This document shows, piece by piece, positions 1 to 12,800 of a DNA stretch of 64,000 bases. The stretch lies in NCBI RefSeq assembly GCF_018350175.1, contig NW_025408521.1, forward strand, positions 1 to 64,000, given 5' to 3'. Numbering within the stretch: position 1 is the first letter of the stretch; every line of letters starts with the position of its first letter. Under the pieces are notes generated by a model. The model saw only the letters and a program-made list of their open reading frames with translations. It was not told the DNA's origin and did not search any database. A program made the position numbers and the translations under genes. The stretch comes from Felis catus. Lineage: Eukaryota.

Positions 1-870
1 TTGTAGGTGAAGGTAAGATAAGGGGAAAGGGAAAGATTAGATGAAAGATTGTGATAGAAAGAGGTGGGGATTAGAAGGGTGAAGAAGTAAAGGTAAATTT
101 AAGTTAAGTTAAAAGTAAAGAGGTAATGAATAAATTTAATTTAGTAAGGAATTTTTAATAAATGGTAGGGTGAATAAGGGGGATGGGGATAGTAATGGGT
201 AAAGAGTTGTGTAATAGCAATTTGGAGAGGTGGATTGAGGGTAGGAATGGTAGTAAAGTTAAATTGTTTGGGTAAGGAAAATGGGGGTAAATTCGAATAA
301 GGAGTATTATAATAGTGAATGGTATGTTATGGGGATGAGGATAGATGATGGTTAAGTTAGATGATGAGGGGATATGAATGAATGAGGAAATTTGGAATTG
401 GGAAGAAGAGTAATGGGGAAATGAGTAGGGGGGGGAAGGGATGATTTATTGTAGGTGAAGTAAGGATAATGGGGAGGTGAAGATTTGAGAAAGGTGAGGG
501 TGTACCAGAAAATATGGGTGGGGAGAATGGTTCCCTAATGGTAAGGTAAAGTCAAAGTTATGTATTAGTTAAGGTAAAGAGTTAACCTTAAGTTAAAGGG
601 AGAGTTTAAGTTAAGCCCGGAACCTAGGGCTAAAACCATTAATTGGGAACTGTAAGATGAAATGGTGTGATAGTCAAGTGGAGAGAGAAGGATTCGGAAA
701 GGCAAGTTAACCTAAAGTTAAAGTAGTTAGTTAGAGAAGAAAGGACTCTCTTGGAAAATGGAGGTATGATGATAGAAAGGTGAACCTTAAGAGGGAATGA
801 GAAGGCTAATTGGTTTAAGCCCCACAGGTTGAAATTAACCTGCAGTCGTTTCGGCCCTGAAAGATGAACG
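1..870. other. C-depleted low-complexity A/G/T sequence, probably a garbled low-quality read/contig end of the FA-SAT array
   Basis: Almost no C in the first ~500 bp. C rises gradually, and fragments resembling the expected upstream HOR sequence appear (e.g. 'aaggactctcttgg', 'ggctaaaacc', 'gtcgtttcggccc') before clean satellite starts at ~872. Confidence 0.6.
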
Positions 871-871
871 G

Positions 872-3800
872 CCGCGAGAGGATTCCGGAGGCCTCCTCCA
901 GGAGGGGCCAATCGAAGTGTCTGGACTTGGCAGCCAAAAACAGATCCGGAAAGGCACAGTCCCTTGTGCCCTCACCTCAGCCCTTCAGGGAGACCACTGC
1001 CCTGCTGTGGGTTCGGCGCCTGGAGCCTCCTGGTACCTAACCCTAACCATACCCCGGACATGGACCCTACACCGAAACCTATGCCTGCCTCGAAGCCTAA
1101 CCCTGCATTTGAGCCACCTTCTGGCATGGCCCTCACGTCAGCCCTCGAGGGATATCAGAAGACCAGAGTCTTTTCGGCCCTGGCGACCTCTCCGGACCGA
1201 ACCCTAAACCTAGCTAAGGCTCTCTCCCCATGGGGACCCAATTCTATCGTCTGACATCACCGCGCGCCTGGGGTCCATAAGCGGTGCAGGCTGACACGGC
1301 ATGGAACCTGGCAGCTCAGCATGTCGTTTCCCAGGCCCGACTGCAGCTGCCCGAGAGGAATCCGGAGGCCCCCTTGACCAGGGGCCGATCGACGTGTGTG
1401 GCCTTGGCACCCAAAGACGGATCCTGACCGGCACCGTCCCTTGGGCCCTCAATGCAGCCCTTCAGGGATACCACTGCCCTGCTGTGGGTTTGGCGCCTGG
1501 AGCCTCCTGGGACCTAACCCTAAACCAAACCCTACCCGGCCCGGGAACCTCCAACGAAACCTAAGCCTGCCTCGAACCCTAACCCTGCAATTGAGCCGCC
1601 ATCTGGAATGGACCCTCACTTCAGCCATCGAGGGAGGACACGAGACGGGAGTCGATTCGGCCCTGGTGACGTACCTGGACTGAACCCTAAGCCTTGCTAA
1701 GGCTCTCTACACATGGGGACCCAATTCCAACGTCTGACAACCCCACGTGCCTGGCGTCCATAAGCGGTGCAGGCTGACTCGCATGGAAGCTGGGAGCTCA
1801 CCATTGCCGTTTTCAAGGCCCTGCTGCAGCTGCCCGAGAGTATTCCGGAGGTCTCCTCAACCAGGGGTGGATTGACGTGTGTGGCCTTGGCAGCCAAAGA
1901 CGGAACTTGACCGGCACCGTACCTTGTGCCCTCAACTGAGCCCTTCGGGGAGAACACTGCCCTGCTGTGGGTTTGGCGCCTGGATCCTCCAGGGACCTAA
2001 CCCTAACCCTAAGCCTTCCGTGAACCGGGACCCTCCACCGAAACCTAAGCTTGCCTCGAACCCTAACGCTGATATTGAGCCGCCTCCTGGCAAGGGCCCT
2101 CACTTCAACCCTCGAGGGAGATCATGAGGCCAGAGTCGCTTTGGCCCTGGCGATGTCCATGGACCCCAACCCTAACCCTAGCTAAGGCTCTCTCCCCACG
2201 GGGGCCCAATTCCAACGTCTGACAACACTACGTGCCTGGGGTCCAGAAGCGGTGCAGGATGACTCAGGATGGAACCTGGAAGCTCACCGTGGCGTGTCCC
2301 AGGCCTGGCTGCACTTGCCCGAGAGGATTCTGGAGGCCTCCACAACCAGGGGCCGATGGACATGTGCGGCCTTGCAGACAAAGACAGATCCTGACGGGCA
2401 GCGTCCCTTGTGTCCTCAACTGAGCCCTTAGGGGAGACCACCGCCCTGCCCTGGGTTCGGCACCTGGAGCCTCCTGGGACCGAACCCTAACCCTGACCCT
2501 ACCCCGAAACGGGACACTCCAGGAAAACGAAAGCCTGCTTCGAACACTAATCCTGCAATTGAGCCGCCTTGTCGCATGGGCCCTCACTTCAGCCCTTGAG
2601 GGAGATCACGAGACTGGAGTTATGTCGGCCCTGCCAATGTCCCTGGTCCAAACCCTAACCCTAACTAAGGCTCTCTCCCCATGGGGACCCAATTCCAACG
2701 TCTGACAACACCACACGCCTGGAGTACAGAAGCGGTGCAGGTTGACTCCGCATGCAACCTGGAAGCTCATCATGTCGTTTCCCAGGCCTGGCTGCAGCTG
2801 CCCGAGAGGATTCCGGAGGCCTCCTCGGCCAGGGGCCAATCGACGTGTGTGGCTTTGGTAGCGAAAATCGAATCCTGACCGGCACCGTCCCTTGTGCCCT
2901 CAACTCAGCCCTTCGGGGAGACCACTGCCCTGAAGTGGGTTTGCCGTCTGGAGCCTCCAGGGACCTAACCCTAACCCTACCCCGAACATGGACACTCCAC
3001 CAAAGCCTAAGCCTGCCTCGAACCCAAACCCTGCAATTGAGCCACCTTCTGACTTGGACGCTCACTTCAGCGCTCGAGGGAGACCACAAGACCAGAGTCG
3101 CTTCGGCCCTGGCGACTTCCCTGGTCGGAACGCTAACCCTAGCTAAGGCTCTCTCCCCATGGGGACCCAATTCCATCGTCTGACAACACCACGGGCCTGG
3201 GGTCCAGATGTGGTGCAGGCTGACTCGGCTTGGAACTTGGAAGCTCACCATGTAGTTTCCCCGGCCCGGCTGCAGCTGCCCGAGAGGATTCAAGAGGCCT
3301 CCTCGACCAGGGGCCGATGGACGTGTGTGGCCGTGGCAGCCAAAGTCGGATCATTACCGGCACCGTCCGTTGGGCCCTCAACTCAGCCCTTCAGAGAGAC
3401 CAGTGGGTGCCCTGCTGTGGGTTCGGCGCTGGAGCCTCCTGGGACCTAACCCTAACCCTACCCCGAAACGGGACCCTCCACTGAAACCTAAGCCTGCCTC
3501 GAACCCGAACCCTGGAGTTGAGCCGCCTTCTGGCATGGGCCCTCACTTCAGCACTCGAGGGAGATCACGAGAATGGAGGCGCCTTGGCCCTGCCGACGTT
3601 CCTGGGCCAAACCCAACCCTAGCTAAGGCTCTCTCCCCATGGGGACCCAATTGCAATTCTGACAAAACCACGCGCCTGGGATCCAGAAGCGGTGCAGGCT
3701 GACTCGAAAGGAACCTGGAAATTCACCATGTCCTTTCCAAGGCGTGGCTGCATTGCCCGAGAGGATTCCTGAGGCCTCCTCGACCAGGGGCCGATCGACG

Positions 3801-6800
3801 TGTGTGGCCTTGGCAGCCAAAGTCGGATCATGACGGGCACTGTCCCTTGTGCCCTCAAATCAGCCCTTTGGGGAGACCTATGCCCTGCTGTGGGTTCGGC
3901 GCCTAGAGCCTATTGGGACCTAAACCTAACCCTAACCCTACCCCGAATCGGGACCCTGCACCGAAAACTAAGCCTGTCTCTAACCCTAACCCTGCAATTG
4001 TGCCGCCATCTGGCATGGGCCCTCACTTCATCCCTCGAGGGAGGGTCACGAGACTGGAGTCGCTTCAGCCCTGGTGACGTCCCTGGACCGAACCCTAACC
4101 CTAGCTAAGGCTCTCTCCCCAGGAGGACCCAATTCGTCTGACAACGTCTGACAACACAACGCGCCTGGGATCCGTTAGCAGTGCAGGCTGACTCGGCATG
4201 GAATCTGGAAGCTCACCATGTCGTTTCCCAGGCCCGGCTGCAGCTGCCCGAGAGGATTCCGGAGGCCTCCTCAACCAGGGGCCCAATCACGTGTGTGGCC
4301 TTGCAGACAAAGACGGATCCTGACCGGCACCATCCCTTTTGCACGCCACTTAGCCCTTCGGGGAGACCACTGCCCTGCTGTGGGTTCCGCGCCTGGAGCC
4401 TCCTGGGACCTAACCCTACCCCTAACCGTACCCCTAACGGGACCATCCACCGAAACCTAAGCCTGCCTCGAACCCTAACCCTGCAATTGAGCCACCTTGT
4501 CGCATGGGCCCTCACTTCAGCCCTCGAGGGAGATCACGAGACCGGAGTCGCTTCGGCCCTGGCAACGTCCCTGGACCGAACCCTAACCCTAGCTAAGGCT
4601 CTCTCCCCATGGGGACCCAATTCCAACGTCTGACAGCAGCACGCGCCTGGGATCCAGAAGCGGTACAGTCTCACATGGCATTGAACCCAGAGGCGCACCA
4701 TGCCGTTTCACAGGCCAGGCTGCATCTGCCGGAGAGGATCCCGGAGGCCTCCTCGACCAGGGGCCCGATCGACGTGTGTGGTGTTGGCAGCCGAAGAGGG
4801 ATCCTGACCGGCACCGTCCCTTGTGCCCTCAACTCAGCCCTTCGGGGAGACCACTGCCCTGCTGTCAGTTCAGCGCCTGGAGACCTCTGGGGCCTAACGC
4901 TAACCCTAAACCTAGCCCGAACCGGGACCCTCCACCAAAACCTAAGCCTGCCTGGAAACCTACCCCTGCACTTGAGCTGCCTTGTCGCATGGGCCCTCAG
5001 TTCAGGCCTCACGGGAGATCATGAGACCGGATTCGCTTTGGCCCTTGCAACGTCCCAGGACCGAACCTAACCCTAGCTAAGGCTCTCTCCCCATGGGGAC
5101 CCAATTACACCATCTGACAACACCACGCCCCTGGGGTGCACAAGCGGTGCAGGCTCACTCGGCATGGAACCTGGACGCTCAGCTAGTCATTTCCCATGTC
5201 GGGCTGAAGCTGCTTGAGAGGATTCCAGAGCCCTCCTCGATGAGGGGCACATCGACGTGTGTGGCCGTCCCATCTGCCCTCATCTCAGCCCTGCGGGGAG
5301 ACCATGCCCTGCTGTGGGTTTGGCGTCTGGAGCCTCTTCTGTCCTAACCCTAATCCTAACCGTACCCCTAACCGGGACCCTTCACCAAAACATAAGGCTG
5401 CCTCGAAAACTAACACTGTACTTGTGCGGCCTTGTCCCATGGGCCCTCACTTCAGCCCTGGAGGGAGATCACGAGACCAGAGTCGCTTCAGCCCTGGCGA
5501 CGTCCCTGGACCAAACCCTCACCCTAGCTCAGGCACTCTGCCCATGGGAACCCAATTCCACCGTCTGACAAGACCACGTGCCTGGGGTCCAAAAGAGGTG
5601 CGGCACACCCGGCTTGGGACCTGGAAGCCTACCGTGTCATTTTCCAGGCTGGGCTGCAGCTGCCTCAGAGGTTTCAGATGCCTCCTCGACCAGGGGCCCA
5701 TTGACGTGTGTGGCCATGGAAGCCAAATACTGATCCTGACCGTCACCGTCCCTTGTGCCCTCAACTCATCCCTGCAGGAGATCACTGCCCTGCTGTGGGT
5801 TCAACGCCTGGAGCCTCCTGGGACCTTACCCTAACCGTAACCTAACCCCTACCCGGGACCATCCACCCAAACCAAACCCTGCCGCAAAACCGACCCTGTA
5901 CTTGAGCCACCTTGTTGCATGGACACTCATTTGAGCCCTCGAAGGAGACCACGTGACCATAGTCGCTTAGGTCAAGGCGACGTCCATGGACGGGACCCTA
6001 ACCCAAGGTAAGGGACGCTCCCCATGGGGACCCAATTCCACCGTCTGACAACACCACGTTCCTGGGGTACAGAAGCAGTGCAGCTTCACTCAGCATGGAA
6101 CCTGGAAGCTCAGCATGTCGTTTCACAGGCCAGGCTGCAGCTGCCCGAGAGGATTCCAGAGGCTTCCTCGACCAGGGGCCCATCGACGTGTGTGGCCTTG
6201 GCAGCAAAAGACTGATCCTGACCGTCACCATTGCTTTTGTCCTCAAATCAGCCCTTCGTGGAGACCACTCCCCTGCTGTGGGTTTGGCGCCAGGAGCTTC
6301 CAGGGACCTTACCCTAACCCTAACAGGACAACTAACCGGGACCCTCTACCAAAACCTAACCCTGGCTCAAAACCTAACCTTGCACTTGAGCCGCCTTCAT
6401 ACATGGGCCCTGACCTCAGCCCACGAGGGAGATCACGAGACCGGAGTCGCTTCGGCCCTGGCAACGTCCCTGGACCGAACCCTAACCCTAGCTAAGGCTC
6501 TCTCCTCTTGGGGACCCAATTCCAAGGTCTGACAGCATCACTCGCCTGGGGTCCAGAAGCGGTACAGGCTGACTCGGCAAGGAACCTGGAAGCTCACCAT
6601 GTCGTTTCCCAGGCCCGGCTGCAACGGCGCGAGAGGATTCCGGAGGCCTCCTCCAGGAGGGGCCAATCGAAGTGTCTGGACTTGGCAGCCAAAAACAGAT
6701 CCGGAAAGGCACAGTCCCTTGTGCCCTCACCTCAGCCCTTCAGGGAGACCACTGCCCTGCTGTGGGTTCGGCGCCTGGAGCCTCCTGGTACCTAACCCTA

Positions 6801-9800
6801 ACCATACCCCGGACATGGACCCTACACCGAAACCTATGCCTGCCTCGAAGCCTAACCCTGCATTTGAGCCACCTTCTGGCATGGCCCTCACGTCAGCCCT
6901 CGAGGGATATCAGAAGACCAGAGTCTTTTCGGCCCTGGCGACCTCTCCGGACCGAACCCTAAACCTAGCTAAGGCTCTCTCCCCATGGGGACCCAATTCT
7001 ATCGTCTGACATCACCGCGCGCCTGGGGTCCATAAGCGGTGCAGGCTGACACGGCATGGAACCTGGCAGCTCAGCATGTCGTTTCCCAGGCCCGACTGCA
7101 GCTGCCCGAGAGGAATCCGGAGGCCCCCTTGACCAGGGGCCGATCGACGTGTGTGGCCTTGGCACCCAAAGACGGATCCTGACCGGCACCGTCCCTTGGG
7201 CCCTCAATGCAGCCCTTCAGGGATACCACTGCCCTGCTGTGGGTTTGGCGCCTGGAGCCTCCTGGGACCTAACCCTAAACCAAACCCTACCCGGCCCGGG
7301 AACCTCCAACGAAACCTAAGCCTGCCTCGAACCCTAACCCTGCAATTGAGCCGCCATCTGGAATGGACCCTCACTTCAGCCATCGAGGGAGGACACGAGA
7401 CGGGAGTCGATTCGGCCCTGGTGACGTACCTGGACTGAACCCTAACCCTTGCTAAGGCTCTCTACACATGGGGACCCAATTCCAACGTCTGACAACCCCA
7501 CGTGCCTGGCGTCCATAAGCGGTGCAGGCTGACTCGCATGGAAGCTGGGAGCTCACCATTGCCGTTTTCAAGGCCCTGCTGCAGCTGCCCGAGAGTATTC
7601 CGGAGGTCTCCTCAACCAGGGGTGGATTGACGTGTGTGGCCTTGGCAGCCAAAGACGGAACTTGACCGGCACCGTACCTTGTGCCCTCAACTGAGCCCTT
7701 CGGGGAGAACACTGCCCTGCTGTGGGTTTGGCGCCTGGATCCTCCAGGGACCTAACCCTAACCCTAAGCCTTCCGTGAACCGGGACCCTCCACCGAAACC
7801 TAAGCTTGCCTCGAACCCTAACGCTGATATTGAGCCGCCTCCTGGCAAGGGCCCTCACTTCAACCCTCGAGGGAGATCATGAGGCCAGAGTCGCTTTGGC
7901 CCTGGCGATGTCCATGGACCCCAACCCTAACCCTAGCTAAGGCTCTCTCCCCACGGGGGCCCAATTCCAACGTCTGACAACACTACGTGCCTGGGGTCCA
8001 GAAGCGGTGCAGGATGACTCAGGATGGAACCTGGAAGCTCACCGTGGCGTGTCCCAGGCCTGGCTGCACTTGCCCGAGAGGATTCTGGAGGCCTCCACAA
8101 CCAGGGGCCGATGGACATGTGCGGCCTTGCAGACAAAGACAGATCCTGACGGGCAGCGTCCCTTGTGTCCTCAACTGAGCCCTTAGGGGAGACCACCGCC
8201 CTGCCCTGGGTTCGGCACCTGGAGCCTCCTGGGACCGAACCCTAACCCTGACCCTACCCCGAAACGGGACACTCCAGGAAAACGAAAGCCTGCTTCGAAC
8301 ACTAATCCTGCAATTGAGCCGCCTTGTCGCATGGGCCCTCACTTCAGCCCTTGAGGGAGATCACGAGACTGGAGTTATGTCGGCCCTGCCAATGTCCCTG
8401 GTCCAAACCCTAACCCTAACTAAGGCTCTCTCCCCATGGGGACCCAATTCCAACGTCTGACAACACCACACGCCTGGAGTACAGAAGCGGTGCAGGTTGA
8501 CTCCGCATGCAACCTGGAAGCTCATCATGTCGTTTCCCAGGCCTGGCTGCAGCTGCCCGAGAGGATTCCGGAGGCCTCCTCGGCCAGGGGCCAATCGACG
8601 TGTGTGGCTTTGGTAGCGAAAATCGAATCCTGACCGGCACCGTCCCTTGTGCCCTCAACTCAGCCCTTCGGGGAGACCACTGCCCTGAAGTGGGTTTGCC
8701 GTCTGGAGCCTCCAGGGACCTAACCCTAACCCTACCCCGAACATGGACACTCCACCAAAACCTAAGCCTGCCTCGAACCCAAACCCTGCAATTGAGCCAC
8801 CTTCTGACTTGGACGCTCACTTCAGCGCTCGAGGGAGACCACAAGACCAGAGTCGCTTCGGCCCTGGCGACTTCCCTGGTCGGAACGCTAACCCTAGCTA
8901 AGGCTCTCTCCCCATGGGGACCCAATTCCATCGTCTGACAACACCACGGGCCTGGGGTCCAGATGTGGTGCAGGCTGACTCGGCTTGGAACTTGGAAGCT
9001 CACCATGTAGTTTCCCCGGCCCGGCTGCAGCTGCCCGAGAGGATTCAAGAGGCCTCCTCGACCAGGGGCCGATGGACGTGTGTGGCCGTGGCAGCCAAAG
9101 TCGGATCATTACCGGCACCGTCCGTTGGGCCCTCAACTCAGCCCTTCAGAGAGACCAGTGGGTGCCCTGCTGTGGGTTCGGCGCTGGAGCCTCCTGGGAC
9201 CTAACCCTAACCCTACCCCGAAACGGGACCCTCCACTGAAACCTAAGCCTGCCTCGAACCCGAACCCTGGAGTTGAGCCGCCTTCTGGCATGGGCCCTCA
9301 CTTCAGCACTCGAGGGAGATCACGAGAATGGAGGCGCCTTGGCCCTGCCGACGTTCCTGGGCCAAACCCAACCCTAGCTAAGGCTCTCTCCCCATGGGGA
9401 CCCAATTGCAATTCTGACAAAACCACGCGCCTGGGATCCAGAAGCGGTGCAGGCTGACTCGAAAGGAACCTGGAAATTCACCATGTCCTTTCCAAGGCGT
9501 GGCTGCATTGCCCGAGAGGATTCCTGAGGCCTCCTCGACCAGGGGCCGATCGACGTGTGTGGCCTTGGCAGCCAAAGTCGGATCATGACGGGCACTGTCC
9601 CTTGTGCCCTCAAATCAGCCCTTTGGGGAGACCTATGCCCTGCTGTGGGTTCGGCGCCTAGAGCCTATTGGGACCTAAACCTAACCCTAACCCTACCCCG
9701 AATCGGGACCCTGCACCGAAAACTAAGCCTGTCTCTAACCCTAACCCTGCAATTGTGCCGCCATCTGGCATGGGCCCTCACTTCATCCCTCGAGGGAGGG

Positions 9801-12800
9801 TCACGAGACTGGAGTCGCTTCAGCCCTGGTGACGTCCCTGGACCGAACCCTAACCCTAGCTAAGGCTCTCTCCCCAGGAGGACCCAATTCGTCTGACAAC
9901 GTCTGACAACACAACGCGCCTGGGATCCGTTAGCAGTGCAGGCTGACTCGGCATGGAATCTGGAAGCTCACCATGTCGTTTCCCAGGCCCGGCTGCAGCT
10001 GCCCGAGAGGATTCCGGAGGCCTCCTCAACCAGGGGCCCAATCACGTGTGTGGCCTTGCAGACAAAGACGGATCCTGACCGGCACCATCCCTTTTGCACG
10101 CCACTTAGCCCTTCGGGGAGACCACTGCCCTGCTGTGGGTTCCGCGCCTGGAGCCTCCTGGGACCTAACCCTACCCCTAACCGTACCCCTAACGGGACCA
10201 TCCACCGAAACCTAAGCCTGCCTCGAACCCTAACCCTGCAATTGAGCCACCTTGTCGCATGGGCCCTCACTTCAGCCCTCGAGGGAGATCACGAGACCGG
10301 AGTCGCTTCGGCCCTGGCAACGTCCCTGGACCGAACCCTAACCCTAGCTAAGGCTCTCTCCCCATGGGGACCCAATTCCAACGTCTGACAGCAGCACGCG
10401 CCTGGGATCCAGAAGCGGTACAGTCTCACATGGCATTGAACCCAGAGGCGCACCATGCCGTTTCACAGGCCAGGCTGCATCTGCCGGAGAGGATCCCGGA
10501 GGCCTCCTCGACCAGGGGCCCGATCGACGTGTGTGGTGTTGGCAGCCGAAGAGGGATCCTGACCGGCACCGTCCCTTGTGCCCTCAACTCAGCCCTTCGG
10601 GGAGACCACTGCCCTGCTGTCAGTTCAGCGCCTGGAGACCTCTGGGGCCTAACGCTAACCCTAAACCTAGCCCGAACCGGGACCCTCCACCAAAACCTAA
10701 GCCTGCCTGGAAACCTACCCCTGCACTTGAGCTGCCTTGTCGCGTGGGCCCTCAGTTCAGGCCTCACGGGAGATCATGAGACCGGATTCGCTTTGGCCCT
10801 TGCAACGTCCCAGGACCGAACCTAACCCTAGCTAAGGCTCTCTCCCCATGGGGACCCAATTACACCATCTGACAACACCACGCCCCTGGGGTGCACAAGC
10901 GGTGCAGGCTCACTCGGCATGGAACCTGGACGCTCAGCTAGTCATTTCCCATGTCGGGCTGAAGCTGCTTGAGAGGATTCCAGAGCCCTCCTCGATGAGG
11001 GGCACATCGACGTGTGTGGCCGTCCCATCTGCCCTCATCTCAGCCCTGCGGGGAGACCATGCCCTGCTGTGGGTTTGGCGTCTGGAGCCTCTTCTGTCCT
11101 AACCCTAATCCTAACCGTACCCCTAACCGGGACCCTTCACCAAAACATAAGGCTGCCTCGAAAACTAACACTGTACTTGTGCGGCCTTGTCCCATGGGCC
11201 CTCACTTCAGCCCTGGAGGGAGATCACGAGACCAGAGTCGCTTCAGCCCTGGCGACGTCCCTGGACCAAACCCTCACCCTAGCTCAGGCACTCTGCCCAT
11301 GGGAACCCAATTCCACCGTCTGACAAGACCACGTGCCTGGGGTCCAAAAGAGGTGCGGCACACCCGGCTTGGGACCTGGAAGCCTACCGTGTCATTTTCC
11401 AGGCTGGGCTGCAGCTGCCTCAGAGGTTTCAGATGCCTCCTCGACCAGGGGCCCATTGACGTGTGTGGCCATGGAAGCCAAATACTGATCCTGACCGTCA
11501 CCGTCCCTTGTGCCCTCAACTCATCCCTGCAGGAGATCACTGCCCTGCTGTGGGTTCAACGCCTGGAGCCTCCTGGGACCTTACCCTAACCGTAACCTAA
11601 CCCCTAACCGGGACCATCCACCCAAACCAAACCCTGCCGCAAAACCGACCCTGTACTTGAGCCACCTTGTTGCATGGACACTCATTTGAGCCCTCGAAGG
11701 AGACCACGTGACCATAGTCGCTTAGGTCAAGGCGACGTCCATGGACGGGACCCTAACCCAAGGTAAGGGACGCTCCCCATGGGGACCCAATTCCACCGTC
11801 TGACAACACCACGTTCCTGGGGTACAGAAGCAGTGCAGCTTCACTCAGCATGGAACCTGGAAGCTCAGCATGTCGTTTCACAGGCCAGGCTGCAGCTGCC
11901 CGAGAGGATTCCAGAGGCTTCCTCGACCAGGGGCCCATCGACGTGTGTGGCCTTGGCAGCAAAAGACTGATCCTGACCGTCACCATTGCTTTTGTCCTCA
12001 AATCAGCCCTTCGTGGAGACCACTCCCCTGCTGTGGGTTTGGCGCCAGGAGCTTCCAGGGACCTTACCCTAACCCTAACAGGACAACTAACCGGGACCCT
12101 CTACCAAAACCTAACCCTGGCTCAAAACCTAACCTTGCACTTGAGCCGCCTTCATACATGGGCCCTGACCTCAGCCCACGAGGGAGATCACGAGACCGGA
12201 GTCGCTTCGGCCCTGGCAACGTCCCTGGACCGAACCCTAACCCTAGCTAAGGCTCTCTCCTCTTGGGGACCCAATTCCAAGGTCTGACAGCATCACTCGC
12301 CTGGGGTCCAGAAGCGGTACAGGCTGACTCGGCAAGGAACCTGGAAGCTCACCATGTCGTTTCCCAGGCCCGGCTGCAACGGCGCGAGAGGATTCCGGAG
12401 GCCTCCTCCAGGAGGGGCCAATCGAAGTGTCTGGACTTGGCAGCCAAAAACAGATCCGGAAAGGCACAGTCCCTTGTGCCCTCACCTCAGCCCTTCAGGG
12501 AGACCACTGCCCTGCTGTGGGTTCGGCGCCTGGAGCCTCCTGGTACCTAACCCTAACCATACCCCGGACATGGACCCTACACCGAAACCTATGCCTGCCT
12601 CGAAGCCTAACCCTGCATTTGAGCCACCTTCTGGCATGGCCCTCACGTCAGCCCTCGAGGGATATCAGAAGACCAGAGTCTTTTCGGCCCTGGCGACCTC
12701 TCCGGACCGAACCCTAAACCTAGCTAAGGCTCTCTCCCCATGGGGACCCAATTCTATCGTCTGACATCACCGCGCGCCTGGGGTCCATAAGCGGTGCAGG

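Noticed and set aside
1..870. True telomere or variant telomeric array
   Set aside because: No periodic TTAGGG/CCCTAA run; the composition looks like noise.
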